64,000 nt of DNA from Candidatus Obscuribacterales bacterium. Lineage in GTDB: Bacteria > Cyanobacteriota > Vampirovibrionia > Obscuribacterales > Obscuribacteraceae. Positions 19,201 to 27,606 of the stretch are shown in pieces; positions within the stretch are counted from its first letter, which is position 1, and every line of letters begins with the position of its first letter. Made by a program: the position numbers and the translations under genes. Location of the stretch: contig CBDDIJ010000005.1 in the NCBI GenBank assembly GCA_965228855.1, forward strand, positions 512,001 to 576,000, in the 5' to 3' direction. The notes under the pieces were generated by a model. The model worked only from the letters and a program-made list of their open reading frames with translations, made no database searches and was not told the origin of the DNA.

Positions 19201-20886
19201 GCGGAGGAATTAGTGGAACCTGAAGCAGCGGTCGAGGAACCATCTGCCTCAGAGTCGACGCCACCGGCACCGGTATCAGAAGTTTCAGAACCCGCGGCTC
19301 CGGAACCAGCGATCGCTGAAGCGGTTACAACGACGGTTCACACCGACTCATCAACGTCTACACCGGCACTCACGACTTCACAGGAAACCGAGCTTGCGGA
19401 TCTGGGAGACGGTTTCGACGATGAAGAGGATGAACAGGATACCAGGAAGCCCGCACCTTACGGACAAGAATCCAAGCTCACCGCATCCGGTGTCATGCGG
19501 TCGCATCAGCCCACCAACGATCCAAAATTAGTCATCTCAGAGTCGACACGCTTCATGGCGAGACTGAATCAACGTCTTTCAGAAGCGGACAAAAAGCTTT
19601 CGAGTCGATGTGAACAATCGAGAGATCGCTTACTCCGAGAACTAGACGCCCTTGTAGAGGAAGCCCATAAGGTCGAACGCCAGAATGAACTGAGCACCGG
19701 TGCTCTCACTGAGCAGCTCATGACCCATCTGGAGACGGTTTCAAGCGAAGTGAAAGCCCGCATTGAAAAGACCTCCCAGCAAAGTCGCAAGGAACTGAGC
19801 GAATTGATTCAGATGGCCGAAAACACGGTCACCAAGATGCATACCGATTTGAAGAAAGAGCTGGATGGTGCCGAAAGCACATTCCAAGCCGACTCCGATG
19901 CACTCGCAGAAGCAACGCGTTCGGAACTCAACCAACATGCGCAAGAACGCATCAACGACTTCAATCAAAAGCTGGAAGAGATTTCGAATGCACTAGAGTC
20001 GGTGTACAAGCACCACATCAATGTTTTGATGACCCGCTTTGAGAAATTCCAGACACGATTGAATGAAGAGGTAGATGCAATTATCAGCGCACTCGACCGC
20101 AACGTCGGCTCCATGACCGTCGAAATCGATGGTTCCTGGGATCGCGCCTCAGAGAAATTGATGGCGAGCCAGACCGAATTCGGAAATAGCGTAAATTACC
20201 TCGTTCACAGTTGCCGTGCCGAGTTGAAGCAGGTGCATCTGGAGTCTTACGCGAAGAGGGTTTTGCCGCAACTTCTCGAAAACAAAGACATCTTCCGCAC
20301 GATGCTGTTGGACATGAAGCGCAACTTCGAAGAGCAGTCAGCCAACCTGAGAAAGACTCAGCTTTCCAGCCTGGCGGATAGCATCACAACTTCGAAGACC
20401 GAGTTAGACAACCTCACCAAGGAGTGTCTCAACACAATCGAGTCGGTTGGCAAAGGTCAGCAGTTCGGGCTAGAGGAGTTGTTTAACAGCACAAACGCTC
20501 GACTTGAAGAGATCATATCGACAGTCGAAACCCGCCTGAAGTCTGCAAAACAAGAGATCACCGACAACGATGAAGCCTGCATGAAGACATCGGAAGCGTC
20601 GAGAGTGGAAGATGAGCCTGCGTTCTCACGCGAAAAGCAAGCTGCCATCGCCGCTCTCAACGAATGCAGAACCAAGGCGGACAACGCACTCGAAACTCAT
20701 ATCAGCTCAAGCTGCCTGGATCTGGAGCATCTCAGCGAAGAGATGCAGGAAGATTTGGCGAAACAGCGCCAAGACTGGACAGCGCAGGTTCGCACAACAG
20801 CTGACGAGAATATCAATAAGGTGAAACAGGCTATCCAGGACGCCTTCCAGGCGATCGACTCGGCAAAGGAAAAGCACATGGATTGA
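16225..20886 (+). CDS. Large protein: ~235-aa globular N-domain, ~860-aa acidic Pro/Ala/Glu/Ser disordered region, ~455-aa hendecad helical C-domain
   Basis: 1553-codon ORF with three compositionally distinct blocks; start may be GTG 16267. Confidence 0.88.
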   Translation: MHSMLRQNQVRQQDVKPYIRTFTRNNPMDLNEWAKEEGGLFEPGTLIFLLEPAKRPPGMSSFARGQAPGAGGAADAAQDGYRVKDMCVVVDKIDGKCWVLAISPSAFELRFIDTLFREKTQKAFLEGLDFQYLACAPRPVLNDQQQKELRQLSTLYSKSGSRRTIAQDGVGPEEPARAMLSFLGADLSSVGKQMIELGLICNLIFSPEGVQENKAQSQVKSCFSPILATDKLKKLQQSTPAAPAPTPATESSDEQVSLLSPTYLENEAREAADFLAYNQPEPGAAPASAGVWTSTPAAPSSTTPGADEFKALTPPSFDLGGFPSGGPGGGQPGMMSPDMPAILTGEHAVISVDQKLNTEDANGSKVPALPAWYMTTHNINEMNEVALRRAAESPTEMPAGLDKLESELSYDALPVVDARFRPGAEPPTAQPYPGPPDTLVPGAQAQMEQDASGAWAQPPQAAALGQAKDFNDSIFEGTGGRGSLETNPDAVLEQSKKTRGQAGDWQQVDSGSSGSAFVSPGSTARSQPEIPDPSNLFDRLGGTQAPEEAPPAAPSWADGERGRPTNLKDMLTADSAVFTTDSGKLKEITPAPQPENPSLEMPPPAVVETPHLEEPAATDSTTEAPSPWMNLAKTESDSAVEPASPWDSPKDPAGQSSSSWDAFNQQNPIEQLDILEAPEAPTPPSDHVNELAAAMRGLMTSPDAIEPGTAVDQTAAGGAAGAGESLPEATGSEDLFGDVMDKVMDLAETAQPVEAESTEAQPSAEVTDSEFDMFEDGRDQTMDLDSALLQRLSSGPATLHTTQPAETEEAPAAPPVPSVPTFSTDTSLVSSAMAAHAQAMVDPEAQAEPADETQLSASDVTATTEPTASESVASEVSEPEPKPAPAPTPLRPGRRRTAELRAGIKPLELPADALLEPAAAEPEAPAAPVTPEAEAPAEPESISPQQDVPETTNVTPDVTQGEDEPSSSLLDAAPLDISRRGSMEQIEAPTPPAEELVEPEAAVEEPSASESTPPAPVSEVSEPAAPEPAIAEAVTTTVHTDSSTSTPALTTSQETELADLGDGFDDEEDEQDTRKPAPYGQESKLTASGVMRSHQPTNDPKLVISESTRFMARLNQRLSEADKKLSSRCEQSRDRLLRELDALVEEAHKVERQNELSTGALTEQLMTHLETVSSEVKARIEKTSQQSRKELSELIQMAENTVTKMHTDLKKELDGAESTFQADSDALAEATRSELNQHAQERINDFNQKLEEISNALESVYKHHINVLMTRFEKFQTRLNEEVDAIISALDRNVGSMTVEIDGSWDRASEKLMASQTEFGNSVNYLVHSCRAELKQVHLESYAKRVLPQLLENKDIFRTMLLDMKRNFEEQSANLRKTQLSSLADSITTSKTELDNLTKECLNTIESVGKGQQFGLEELFNSTNARLEEIISTVETRLKSAKQEITDNDEACMKTSEASRVEDEPAFSREKQAAIAALNECRTKADNALETHISSSCLDLEHLSEEMQEDLAKQRQDWTAQVRTTADENINKVKQAIQDAFQAIDSAKEKHMD

Positions 20887-21065
20887 TGAGAGGCGCAATC
20901 GGTTTTGTCGCATTGTTGACAGAATCGGTTTAAATCTGCTCGCTAAATTAAACCGAAAAGCCCGAAAAACGCGCAGGAATGGAGCGCAGTATTTTGGCTC
21001 AGGTTCTGCCGGTGAGTTAATCTGCCTGATAGTTTAGGATGTAAAGTAATGAGGGCATAGGAAAA

Positions 21066-21794
21066 TTGGAGGTATTGTTTTTCCGGATCCAATTTCCCGC
21101 CGAATTTAGTAGAAGGATTCAGCTCCTGAGTAATTATCCTGACCATCAAGTGCCTCCGGCTCTAGCGGAATTCGGTAGAGACTGGCCTAGCCTGGATTAC
21201 GACGAGGACCTCAACGAGATCTTCCTCTATCACGGTACAAACTGCTATCGGCGCTGGGAGATTGCACGAAGCGGAAGTCTCGAGCCGGGTCGCAACCTCT
21301 ACAGTTTCTTTTCTACGAACGCAATCGACGCATACACCTATGCCCGTGCCGCGTGCATGCGCGACATCGGTCCGAATACCTTCAATTCGCTGATATGCGA
21401 ACCGGTTGTTCTCAAAATCAAATTCACTGGTCGGACCTGGCTTCAGGTCGACTTTTTGAAGTTCAAAACCGGTGAAGACACAGGTTTACCATCCTTCGAA
21501 GCGGCAGTGCTGGGTCCGATTTCGTGCACCAACATCGTAGACGTTCTCCATTGCACTCACGGCAGACGGCTCGGTGCAGGAGACACAAACAGAACATTTG
21601 AAGACGGCAAATTCCTGACCAGCATTCGTCACCTCAAAGAGAAACTAACGAAAAACCGCATGGATACATGGGTTCTGAAAAAACTTGGCTTTATGCGACA
21701 AACTGTCGAAGTTCGGCTTTCTGGCGGGGAAGTTCCTGAATTGACATCGGATGACCACTTGCGGAAATTAAGACAGAGTCAGGCTCGCGCCTGA
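21066..21794 (+). CDS. Putative ADP-ribosyltransferase-fold protein (start uncertain)
   Basis: LYHGT...I..SGSL.....FFSTNAIDAYTYA...PVVLKIKF...FEAAVLGPI pattern, typical of small ART domains. Confidence 0.6.
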   Translation: MEVLFFRIQFPAEFSRRIQLLSNYPDHQVPPALAEFGRDWPSLDYDEDLNEIFLYHGTNCYRRWEIARSGSLEPGRNLYSFFSTNAIDAYTYARAACMRDIGPNTFNSLICEPVVLKIKFTGRTWLQVDFLKFKTGEDTGLPSFEAAVLGPISCTNIVDVLHCTHGRRLGAGDTNRTFEDGKFLTSIRHLKEKLTKNRMDTWVLKKLGFMRQTVEVRLSGGEVPELTSDDHLRKLRQSQARA

Positions 21795-21879
21795 CCTTTC
21801 TTGGCTTGATTTGTCGCAGCATTGAAGCGTAAATTGAGTTAAAATCCAGGCACGTGAGTCTAATCAGAGACGGAGAACG

Positions 21880-22842
21880 ATGAGACCCGCCCAAACGATT
21901 TCCAGAATTTTCTTTTCGCTCAGCCTACTCTGTGCGTTATCGTTCAACTCTTATCCTGTGCTGGCGCAGTCTATGAGCGAAGCCGAGATGCAGCAGATGC
22001 TTGATGAGATGAACACTTGGAAGAAACCGAATGGAGGCCAGCCGCAACAGTATGGAAGTGGTGGCATGCAGCAACCGTATGGTGGCATGCAACCGCAATA
22101 CGGTGGGATGCAACAGATGGGATATCCCCAACAAATGCCCATGCAGCAGATGCCTCCCATGGGAATGCAGCAACAAATGCCCGTGCAACAGATGCAACAG
22201 ATGCAACCGATGAACATGCAGCAGCAAATGCCTATGCAACAAATGCAACCAATGGGCATGCAGCAGCAGATGCCTATGCAGCAAATGCAACCGATGAACA
22301 TGCAGCCGATGAACATGCAGCAAGGTATGCCTCAGATGCCACCACTATCAGGAATGCAAGCGACACCGCTAAATGGTGGTGTTTCACGCGCAATGCCGAT
22401 CGGTAACGCAGGTGTCGGGCCCAAGTTCAATCTGTCGAATCTGTTCAACCAACGCATCGGCGGTGGTGGCGGTCCCATGGGTGGATTAGGAGGTATTTTT
22501 AGAACAATGGCAGCGATGAACAGCGGCGGCGGCGGCAATTCCGCAAGCATGTCCTCCGCGAAGGACGCTATTGAATATGAACTCAGTCACGCAAAGTCAA
22601 TGGCCGCGCAAGCCGTTGCATATTCTGATGACGCTCGCTCCGCGAGCGAGCGTTCAGCGAAGCAATCCGCCGCATCCGAATCGCGCTATTATGCCAACGA
22701 AGCGAGAGCAGCTGCGGACAGAGCGCAATCAAGAGTATCTGAATACCCAGACGGGCAGGGCATGGCGAGCGCCGCAATGGCCGAAGCAGATCGCGCCTAC
22801 TCGGCAGCACAATACGCAGCCGACGCCGCGAGCGGCTGGTAG
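21880..22842 (+). CDS. Secreted Met/Gln/Pro/Gly low-complexity protein with an Ala-rich helical C-terminus
   Basis: Signal peptide ending VLA-Q; GGAGA RBS; MQQQMPMQQMQPM repeats. Confidence 0.8.
   Translation: MRPAQTISRIFFSLSLLCALSFNSYPVLAQSMSEAEMQQMLDEMNTWKKPNGGQPQQYGSGGMQQPYGGMQPQYGGMQQMGYPQQMPMQQMPPMGMQQQMPVQQMQQMQPMNMQQQMPMQQMQPMGMQQQMPMQQMQPMNMQPMNMQQGMPQMPPLSGMQATPLNGGVSRAMPIGNAGVGPKFNLSNLFNQRIGGGGGPMGGLGGIFRTMAAMNSGGGGNSASMSSAKDAIEYELSHAKSMAAQAVAYSDDARSASERSAKQSAASESRYYANEARAAADRAQSRVSEYPDGQGMASAAMAEADRAYSAAQYAADAASGW
22040..22325 (+). repeat. Coding tandem repeats (MQQQMPMQQMQPMx 42-bp unit; QPYGGMQ units)
   Basis: Near-identical 42-nt units at 22216-22257 and 22258-22299, with degenerate copies on either side. 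Confidence 0.85.
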
Positions 22843-22848
22843 AAACTC

Positions 22849-24021
22849 TTACCTGGTGCGCTCGCAACGGTATATTTTAAACTTACCATCTTCCGCGTCG
22901 CGTTTGTGGAAAAACAATTCGTGGTTCAAGGCAGGCAGCGTAGGCGCCTCTACGAAGCCTTGAATGACGCCCAGAACTGAAGGCGGACCGAAAGCTGATG
23001 AAACTTTGTCGCGTTTGGAAACAAGAATTCTCATGAGCAAACGGCCCTCAAGATCTCTCTGAGCGCGTGTGAAATACAGTTCCAATTGATCAGCGGATAG
23101 CGAGGGTGCATACTCCAACGCAGGTGAATTGACAGCCTTCAAGACGGAGATGGACTGCGGATCTAAAGCGAAACCGTTCTCACCCTTCACGAACATTTGC
23201 AAATCGGATTCTGCCGGATGAATCGAACCGAAGTCGAATCGAGCGCGTGAAACAACTAGTGTTTTTCCATCAGCGCTAATACAGCAATCCATATTGATCC
23301 ATGTTTGAACCTTGGGAGAAATGTCACCTGACACTTCCTGAACACCAGTCACAGACTCATCCTTCAGCTTCCCCACATACAGAGACTTTAAGTCCCGATC
23401 GTAGCTTTTCAAACAGGTGTAATACAAATTTCCAGCGTTATCAACCGACGGTGCCATGTCTTTGGAATCAGATACGGTGCCTGGTAACTCGCCTATGTAT
23501 TTAAAAATATTCGTGTCCAGCCGCTGACAGAGGTGGATGTGCGTTTTCGCGCCCGGCTCATTGCTGTTGTTAAACATCAAATACTTTCCATCAAGCGTTA
23601 TGCAAGGTTCCATCATATGGTCGCTGTAACCTTGAATTTCTGTCGGTCGCGGCACTGAAAAGGTATTATCTATCGGCTCATCAGAAGCCTGGATCGGTGG
23701 ATTGAAGCGATTGCTCGCTGCTGGTTCTCGCGATATCTCCGCAGCGATGGACACCACCTCTTTACGGCCGAGAATTTGATCGAGGAGCTTCTCCGCGTTC
23801 ACCGCATCGCCTTTATCAAGCGTCTTTTTAAACTCGGTAATCTGCTGTACGACACCGTCGAGCGCAATCTGTTTTCGCCCCAGAATCGTCACAGCCGCTT
23901 GCACACGTTTGAATTTTGCGCGTATTCGGTCAGCAGCTGTCAGAGCTAAAGCTCCGAAACCAACGGCGAAAACGCAGACGAGAACGGACATTACGACAAT
24001 TACTTTATTTCGTCTTTTCAT
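22849..24021 (-). CDS. Membrane-anchored PD40/TolB-like beta-propeller protein
   Basis: N-terminal TM; repeats EPCITLDGKYLMF, APSVDNAGNLYY, CISADGKTLVVSR, APSLSADQLELYFTR, APTL...ELFFH. Confidence 0.78.
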   Translation of the reverse strand: MKRRNKVIVVMSVLVCVFAVGFGALALTAADRIRAKFKRVQAAVTILGRKQIALDGVVQQITEFKKTLDKGDAVNAEKLLDQILGRKEVVSIAAEISREPAASNRFNPPIQASDEPIDNTFSVPRPTEIQGYSDHMMEPCITLDGKYLMFNNSNEPGAKTHIHLCQRLDTNIFKYIGELPGTVSDSKDMAPSVDNAGNLYYTCLKSYDRDLKSLYVGKLKDESVTGVQEVSGDISPKVQTWINMDCCISADGKTLVVSRARFDFGSIHPAESDLQMFVKGENGFALDPQSISVLKAVNSPALEYAPSLSADQLELYFTRAQRDLEGRLLMRILVSKRDKVSSAFGPPSVLGVIQGFVEAPTLPALNHELFFHKRDAEDGKFKIYRCERTR

Positions 24022-24182
24022 TTTTCTCTCGTTAAAAGCGAAGTATTTATTTATAGCTTTGCTCGTTGCAACAGGCGATAGAGCTCAACACATGGCGTTT
24101 TCAACGATACTATGCTCGACTAGCTTTTACGCGCCGGTGGTACAGTGGTTATACCAGATTGAATCGCCCGTTAATAGCATAA

Positions 24183-25841
24183 ATGCCCCCGAAAGTTCAT
24201 TATCAGTTAAGCGCCCTGACGCTCGCATTGGCAGCGTCTTTGAGCCAGTGCTTGCCCGCTGAAAACAGCGGCGCTTTCGCGCTCGATCTCCAGGGCAAGG
24301 TTGACACCACGCACGCGACAGGCGGCGCGGGCGGCGACTATATTCAAGGTGGAATTAAAAACGAAGCAACAATCGAACCATCCGTGAAAGTTATTCCGGA
24401 ACAATCGAAAAGACGCCCACCGACCGGAAAGCTACAAGCAGAGACTCCCCAGTATTTTTTTCCCGCTAACGCGAAATTGACTCAGTTCCACGGTTCGCAG
24501 CAGATTGGCGGTCCTCGCACGCCCAGTCCATTCTCTGCGCAGACGCCATCGCTCGACGTTCAACAGTTTTCCGGCAATCGGGGTCCGCATCAAATTGCTC
24601 CGATTTCGAGCTACACGTTGATGCCGCACACAAGTGTGCAAACCTATCATAACAGCGGCTGGTCTGCGACATCTTCGGTTCGCGGCGTCACATCTTATGT
24701 TCCAGGCTACGACGTCACCAGAGTCGAGACGCACAAAGGTGTGAGCGGCTATGCCCCGGGTCATGCAGCGCAACAACCTTACTCTTCACAAAAAGGTGTC
24801 GCAACCTTCAGCCCCGGCTACGAATTCAACTTTACACGACTCACTCCTCTGGGCGGTCTGCCGCACGGAGGAGCACACCCGGTGCCGGGTCCAGTCGTAC
24901 GCGAAGGAGTGACAGCATACGCACCGGGTTTTGAAACCGTTCCCGTAGCTAGCACCACTCATAGTACCATCTCAACGTCCTCGCCCGGAAGATTTTTCAA
25001 CACTCCCACCACCAGTAGTACCACGACAACACACGTGCCTGGATATCAGGTGACAATTAAAACACCCAAGAGCGGGGTTGTTTGCTGGGATTCGAGTTAC
25101 GAAACATCGCACGTCAGCAATAACTTGATTAAAAACACCCTCGGCGGCATGTGGTTCCACAATCCGAACCAACCGGAGCACGTGACTCCTGAGACCGCTG
25201 GAGGACCTGGCACCGACCGGCTGGCGATGCGTCCGATGTTCGCTGTACCGGTGGTTGCGATCCCGGAAAAAGGCTTGCAGGCACTGCCGCTCGGTTTGAC
25301 TGGAAATAAAGCCGAAATCAGCGCAATTCCGAGTACCGGAACAGTAAGTGCTGTCGATAGCAACACGACCTGGGGTGAGTGGTACAAGCGAGTAGCCAGG
25401 GCCGTTTATAGAAGATGGCAAAACGCCGATGTGGGGCCCGGCAACGCAAAGGTTTCAGTAACAGTGAATCCCGATCGAACTATTGTCGGTCGCGTTCTGG
25501 ATTTCACGCCGGCAGCGGATATTGAGCGGAATGTGGAACAGGAGACAGCTTTCAAGAAGGCGGCACTTGATGCGGTCAATCTCGTAAGTGAATTCGAAAT
25601 TCCGGAGTTCCCCGCAGATGCTGACGGCACAGCAGTAAGCTTCGAGGTCGAGATGAAACGTGAGGTTGACGGACCGGTTGGATTCGATGTCGCTTCAGTG
25701 CCCGGCGCTCCCAGTTCCGCGAGTCTGGAACCACTCAAAGAGCGATCGCCCAACGAGACCGCTGGAGCGAAGCCAGCCGGAAAATCGGAGCCGAAGAAGA
25801 ACGCCGTATCGAAGCCAATCTCCTCAAAAAAACACAAATAG
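24183..25841 (+). CDS. Secreted protein with GVxxYxPG repeats and a C-terminal TonB/TolA-C-like domain
   Basis: Signal-like N-terminus; WYKRVARAVYRRWQ...VSVTVNPDRTI...FKKAALDAV...PEFP pattern. Confidence 0.65.
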   Translation: MPPKVHYQLSALTLALAASLSQCLPAENSGAFALDLQGKVDTTHATGGAGGDYIQGGIKNEATIEPSVKVIPEQSKRRPPTGKLQAETPQYFFPANAKLTQFHGSQQIGGPRTPSPFSAQTPSLDVQQFSGNRGPHQIAPISSYTLMPHTSVQTYHNSGWSATSSVRGVTSYVPGYDVTRVETHKGVSGYAPGHAAQQPYSSQKGVATFSPGYEFNFTRLTPLGGLPHGGAHPVPGPVVREGVTAYAPGFETVPVASTTHSTISTSSPGRFFNTPTTSSTTTTHVPGYQVTIKTPKSGVVCWDSSYETSHVSNNLIKNTLGGMWFHNPNQPEHVTPETAGGPGTDRLAMRPMFAVPVVAIPEKGLQALPLGLTGNKAEISAIPSTGTVSAVDSNTTWGEWYKRVARAVYRRWQNADVGPGNAKVSVTVNPDRTIVGRVLDFTPAADIERNVEQETAFKKAALDAVNLVSEFEIPEFPADADGTAVSFEVEMKREVDGPVGFDVASVPGAPSSASLEPLKERSPNETAGAKPAGKSEPKKNAVSKPISSKKHK

Positions 25842-25908
25842 TTTGATATGCGCTTCAGACACGTCACACGGATCCCCAGACTCAGCGTGTCTTGTTTTGT
25901 CATCACTA

Positions 25909-26319
25909 TTAGTGAAGGCAATGTTTAGCTAACGCAAACGCTGATACGGGCGCAACCAAAACCACGATCGAAAAAACGGTTCCCAATGTCCATAATTGCG
26001 GTCCATGCGTTCCATCTTTATTCTTGAAAAGCGCATCCAGAGCCGGTCCCAGACAGTAGCAAAGGTTCCAGCCAAAGGCCGCAACTACGAACAGGACAAA
26101 CATCATTATCGGTTCTACTGCATCCTCGCCGGGTTTTACCATGTCTACGGCGAGAAACTCAAAGACAAAAATAGTGGCAAAAGTAGTGACCATCGCTATC
26201 ATGTTGTATGGAACGCGGTGCAGTTCCCACCAGGCCATGATGTCCATATAATGGGCTTCCGCACTCATCGGTTTAAAAAGACTGATTTTAACCGGCGTTC
26301 TTTTCACTTGATTGCTCAT
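25909..26319 (-). CDS. Hypothetical membrane protein (about 3 TM)
   Basis: WWELHRVPYN and NLCYCLGP segments flanking hydrophobic helices; GGGGAG RBS. Confidence 0.7.
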   Translation of the reverse strand: MSNQVKRTPVKISLFKPMSAEAHYMDIMAWWELHRVPYNMIAMVTTFATIFVFEFLAVDMVKPGEDAVEPIMMFVLFVVAAFGWNLCYCLGPALDALFKNKDGTHGPQLWTLGTVFSIVVLVAPVSAFALAKHCLH

Positions 26320-26442
26320 GCTCCCCCGTCCGATCGTTTCATTTATTCGGCATGATATTCAGGATAGATCAAGGAAGACCCGCTCGAGCGCCCAGCGTCA
26401 GAAGTCTTACGATCATCTTTTGAGAAGTTAACAGTCGAAAGA

Positions 26443-27606
26443 CTAAATTTTCAAATACTCTTTGACTAAACCAATTAAACGATCGACTTCCGATTCATCA
26501 TTGAAAAAGTGCACTGCAACTCGCACCCAGCCATGGCGCACAGTAGTTAGAACACCATTCTCCAGAAACATCTTGTATAGCTGCTCAGAATCAGCGCGCG
26601 GATGATGGAAGGAAACGATACCTGACCAGTACTCGTCCCAGCGCGGGGAAACAACGGTGAAATCCAGGGTCGAAAGCGCCCCGGCGAGGCGGTTTGTCAG
26701 AGCATGAATCCGCTTGGAAATGTTCTCGACGCCTTCTTCCAAAATCAAATCGATGCTCGCACCGAGTGCCGCAATCCCTGGAAAATTTGGCGTTCCCTCT
26801 TCAAATCGGCGAGCGGAATTGAACAGCCTGGATTCGCACGATGCAAAGGAACTCAACTCTGTGTTGAACGGATCGTCTACGCTCAACCAGCCAAGGTTCG
26901 GCACCCAGGGCTCCTCTAGCCAATCTTGCTTCACATACAAAAGCCCGACCCCGGGCGGGGAAAGAAGCCACTTTTGCGAACCCGCAGCGACGAAATCAGC
27001 CTTGCAGTCAGTCGCGGAGAACGGCAGTGCACCTAAGCCTTGAATGGCATCGACGACGAAAGTAATGTCGTTTTCCGCACAGAATGCGCCAAGCTCATTC
27101 ATGTCGCGCCGGCATCCATCATCGTATTGGACGAAACTAACTGCTAACAGACGCGTCTTGTCCGTCACCATATTCGCCACCGATTTCGGTGTCACTAACG
27201 GACGAGCCAGATCATCACGTTCTGGCGGTAACCACTTAATTTTGACGCCAAGCGGCTCCAGCGACAGCCACGGAAATACGTTGGAGGGAAACTCGTGTTC
27301 CGGCAGGATTATCTCATCATCCGGCTCCCATGGAATCATACGAGATGCAAGCCACAGTCCTGTACCGGTGTTTTTGGTAAACGCGACATTCTTAGCGTCG
27401 CAGTCTAAAAGCCTCGCGGCACTCTCTCGCGTTCTCTTAACGGTCGCCATCCACGCGCCGAACGCAGCCGAGCCTTCCTCCATCAGCATGGTGTTGAACC
27501 TGTCTGCCGCTTCATAAGTAGGCACAGGAATAGGCCCGCTAGCCGAACTCATGAAGTAGGCGTAGCGTCGCTTTATTGGAAATAATTCTCGAAGTCGCTC
27601 CAGCAT
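26443..27606 (-). CDS. PLP-dependent aminotransferase class V family enzyme
   Basis: LRELFP, EFPSNVFPW, DAIQGLG, GSQKWLLSPPG (PLP Lys), RFEEGTPN, RVAVHFFN; no C-terminal catalytic Cys, so probably not a cysteine desulfurase. Confidence 0.88.
   Translation of the reverse strand: MLERLRELFPIKRRYAYFMSSASGPIPVPTYEAADRFNTMLMEEGSAAFGAWMATVKRTRESAARLLDCDAKNVAFTKNTGTGLWLASRMIPWEPDDEIILPEHEFPSNVFPWLSLEPLGVKIKWLPPERDDLARPLVTPKSVANMVTDKTRLLAVSFVQYDDGCRRDMNELGAFCAENDITFVVDAIQGLGALPFSATDCKADFVAAGSQKWLLSPPGVGLLYVKQDWLEEPWVPNLGWLSVDDPFNTELSSFASCESRLFNSARRFEEGTPNFPGIAALGASIDLILEEGVENISKRIHALTNRLAGALSTLDFTVVSPRWDEYWSGIVSFHHPRADSEQLYKMFLENGVLTTVRHGWVRVAVHFFNDESEVDRLIGLVKEYLKI

Noticed and set aside
13361..20886. 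Interpretation as phage tape-measure, SMC or chemoreceptor genes
   Set aside because: No phage tail or capsid genes nearby, no Walker motifs or hinge, no TM segment or MCP hairpin signature
21937..22323. His/Leu-rich and Cys-rich (metallothionein-looking) minus-strand ORFs
   Set aside because: These are reverse-complement readings of ATG/CAG/CAA codons in the MQ-repeat gene; no RBS or independent support
22040..22325. Possible CRISPR array or non-coding VNTR
   Set aside because: Repeats are in-frame, degenerate at third positions, have no unique spacers, and there are no cas genes
26443..27606. Cysteine desulfurase (sufS/iscS) call
   Set aside because: No RxGHHC or SSGSAC catalytic Cys motif, and no suf/isc context
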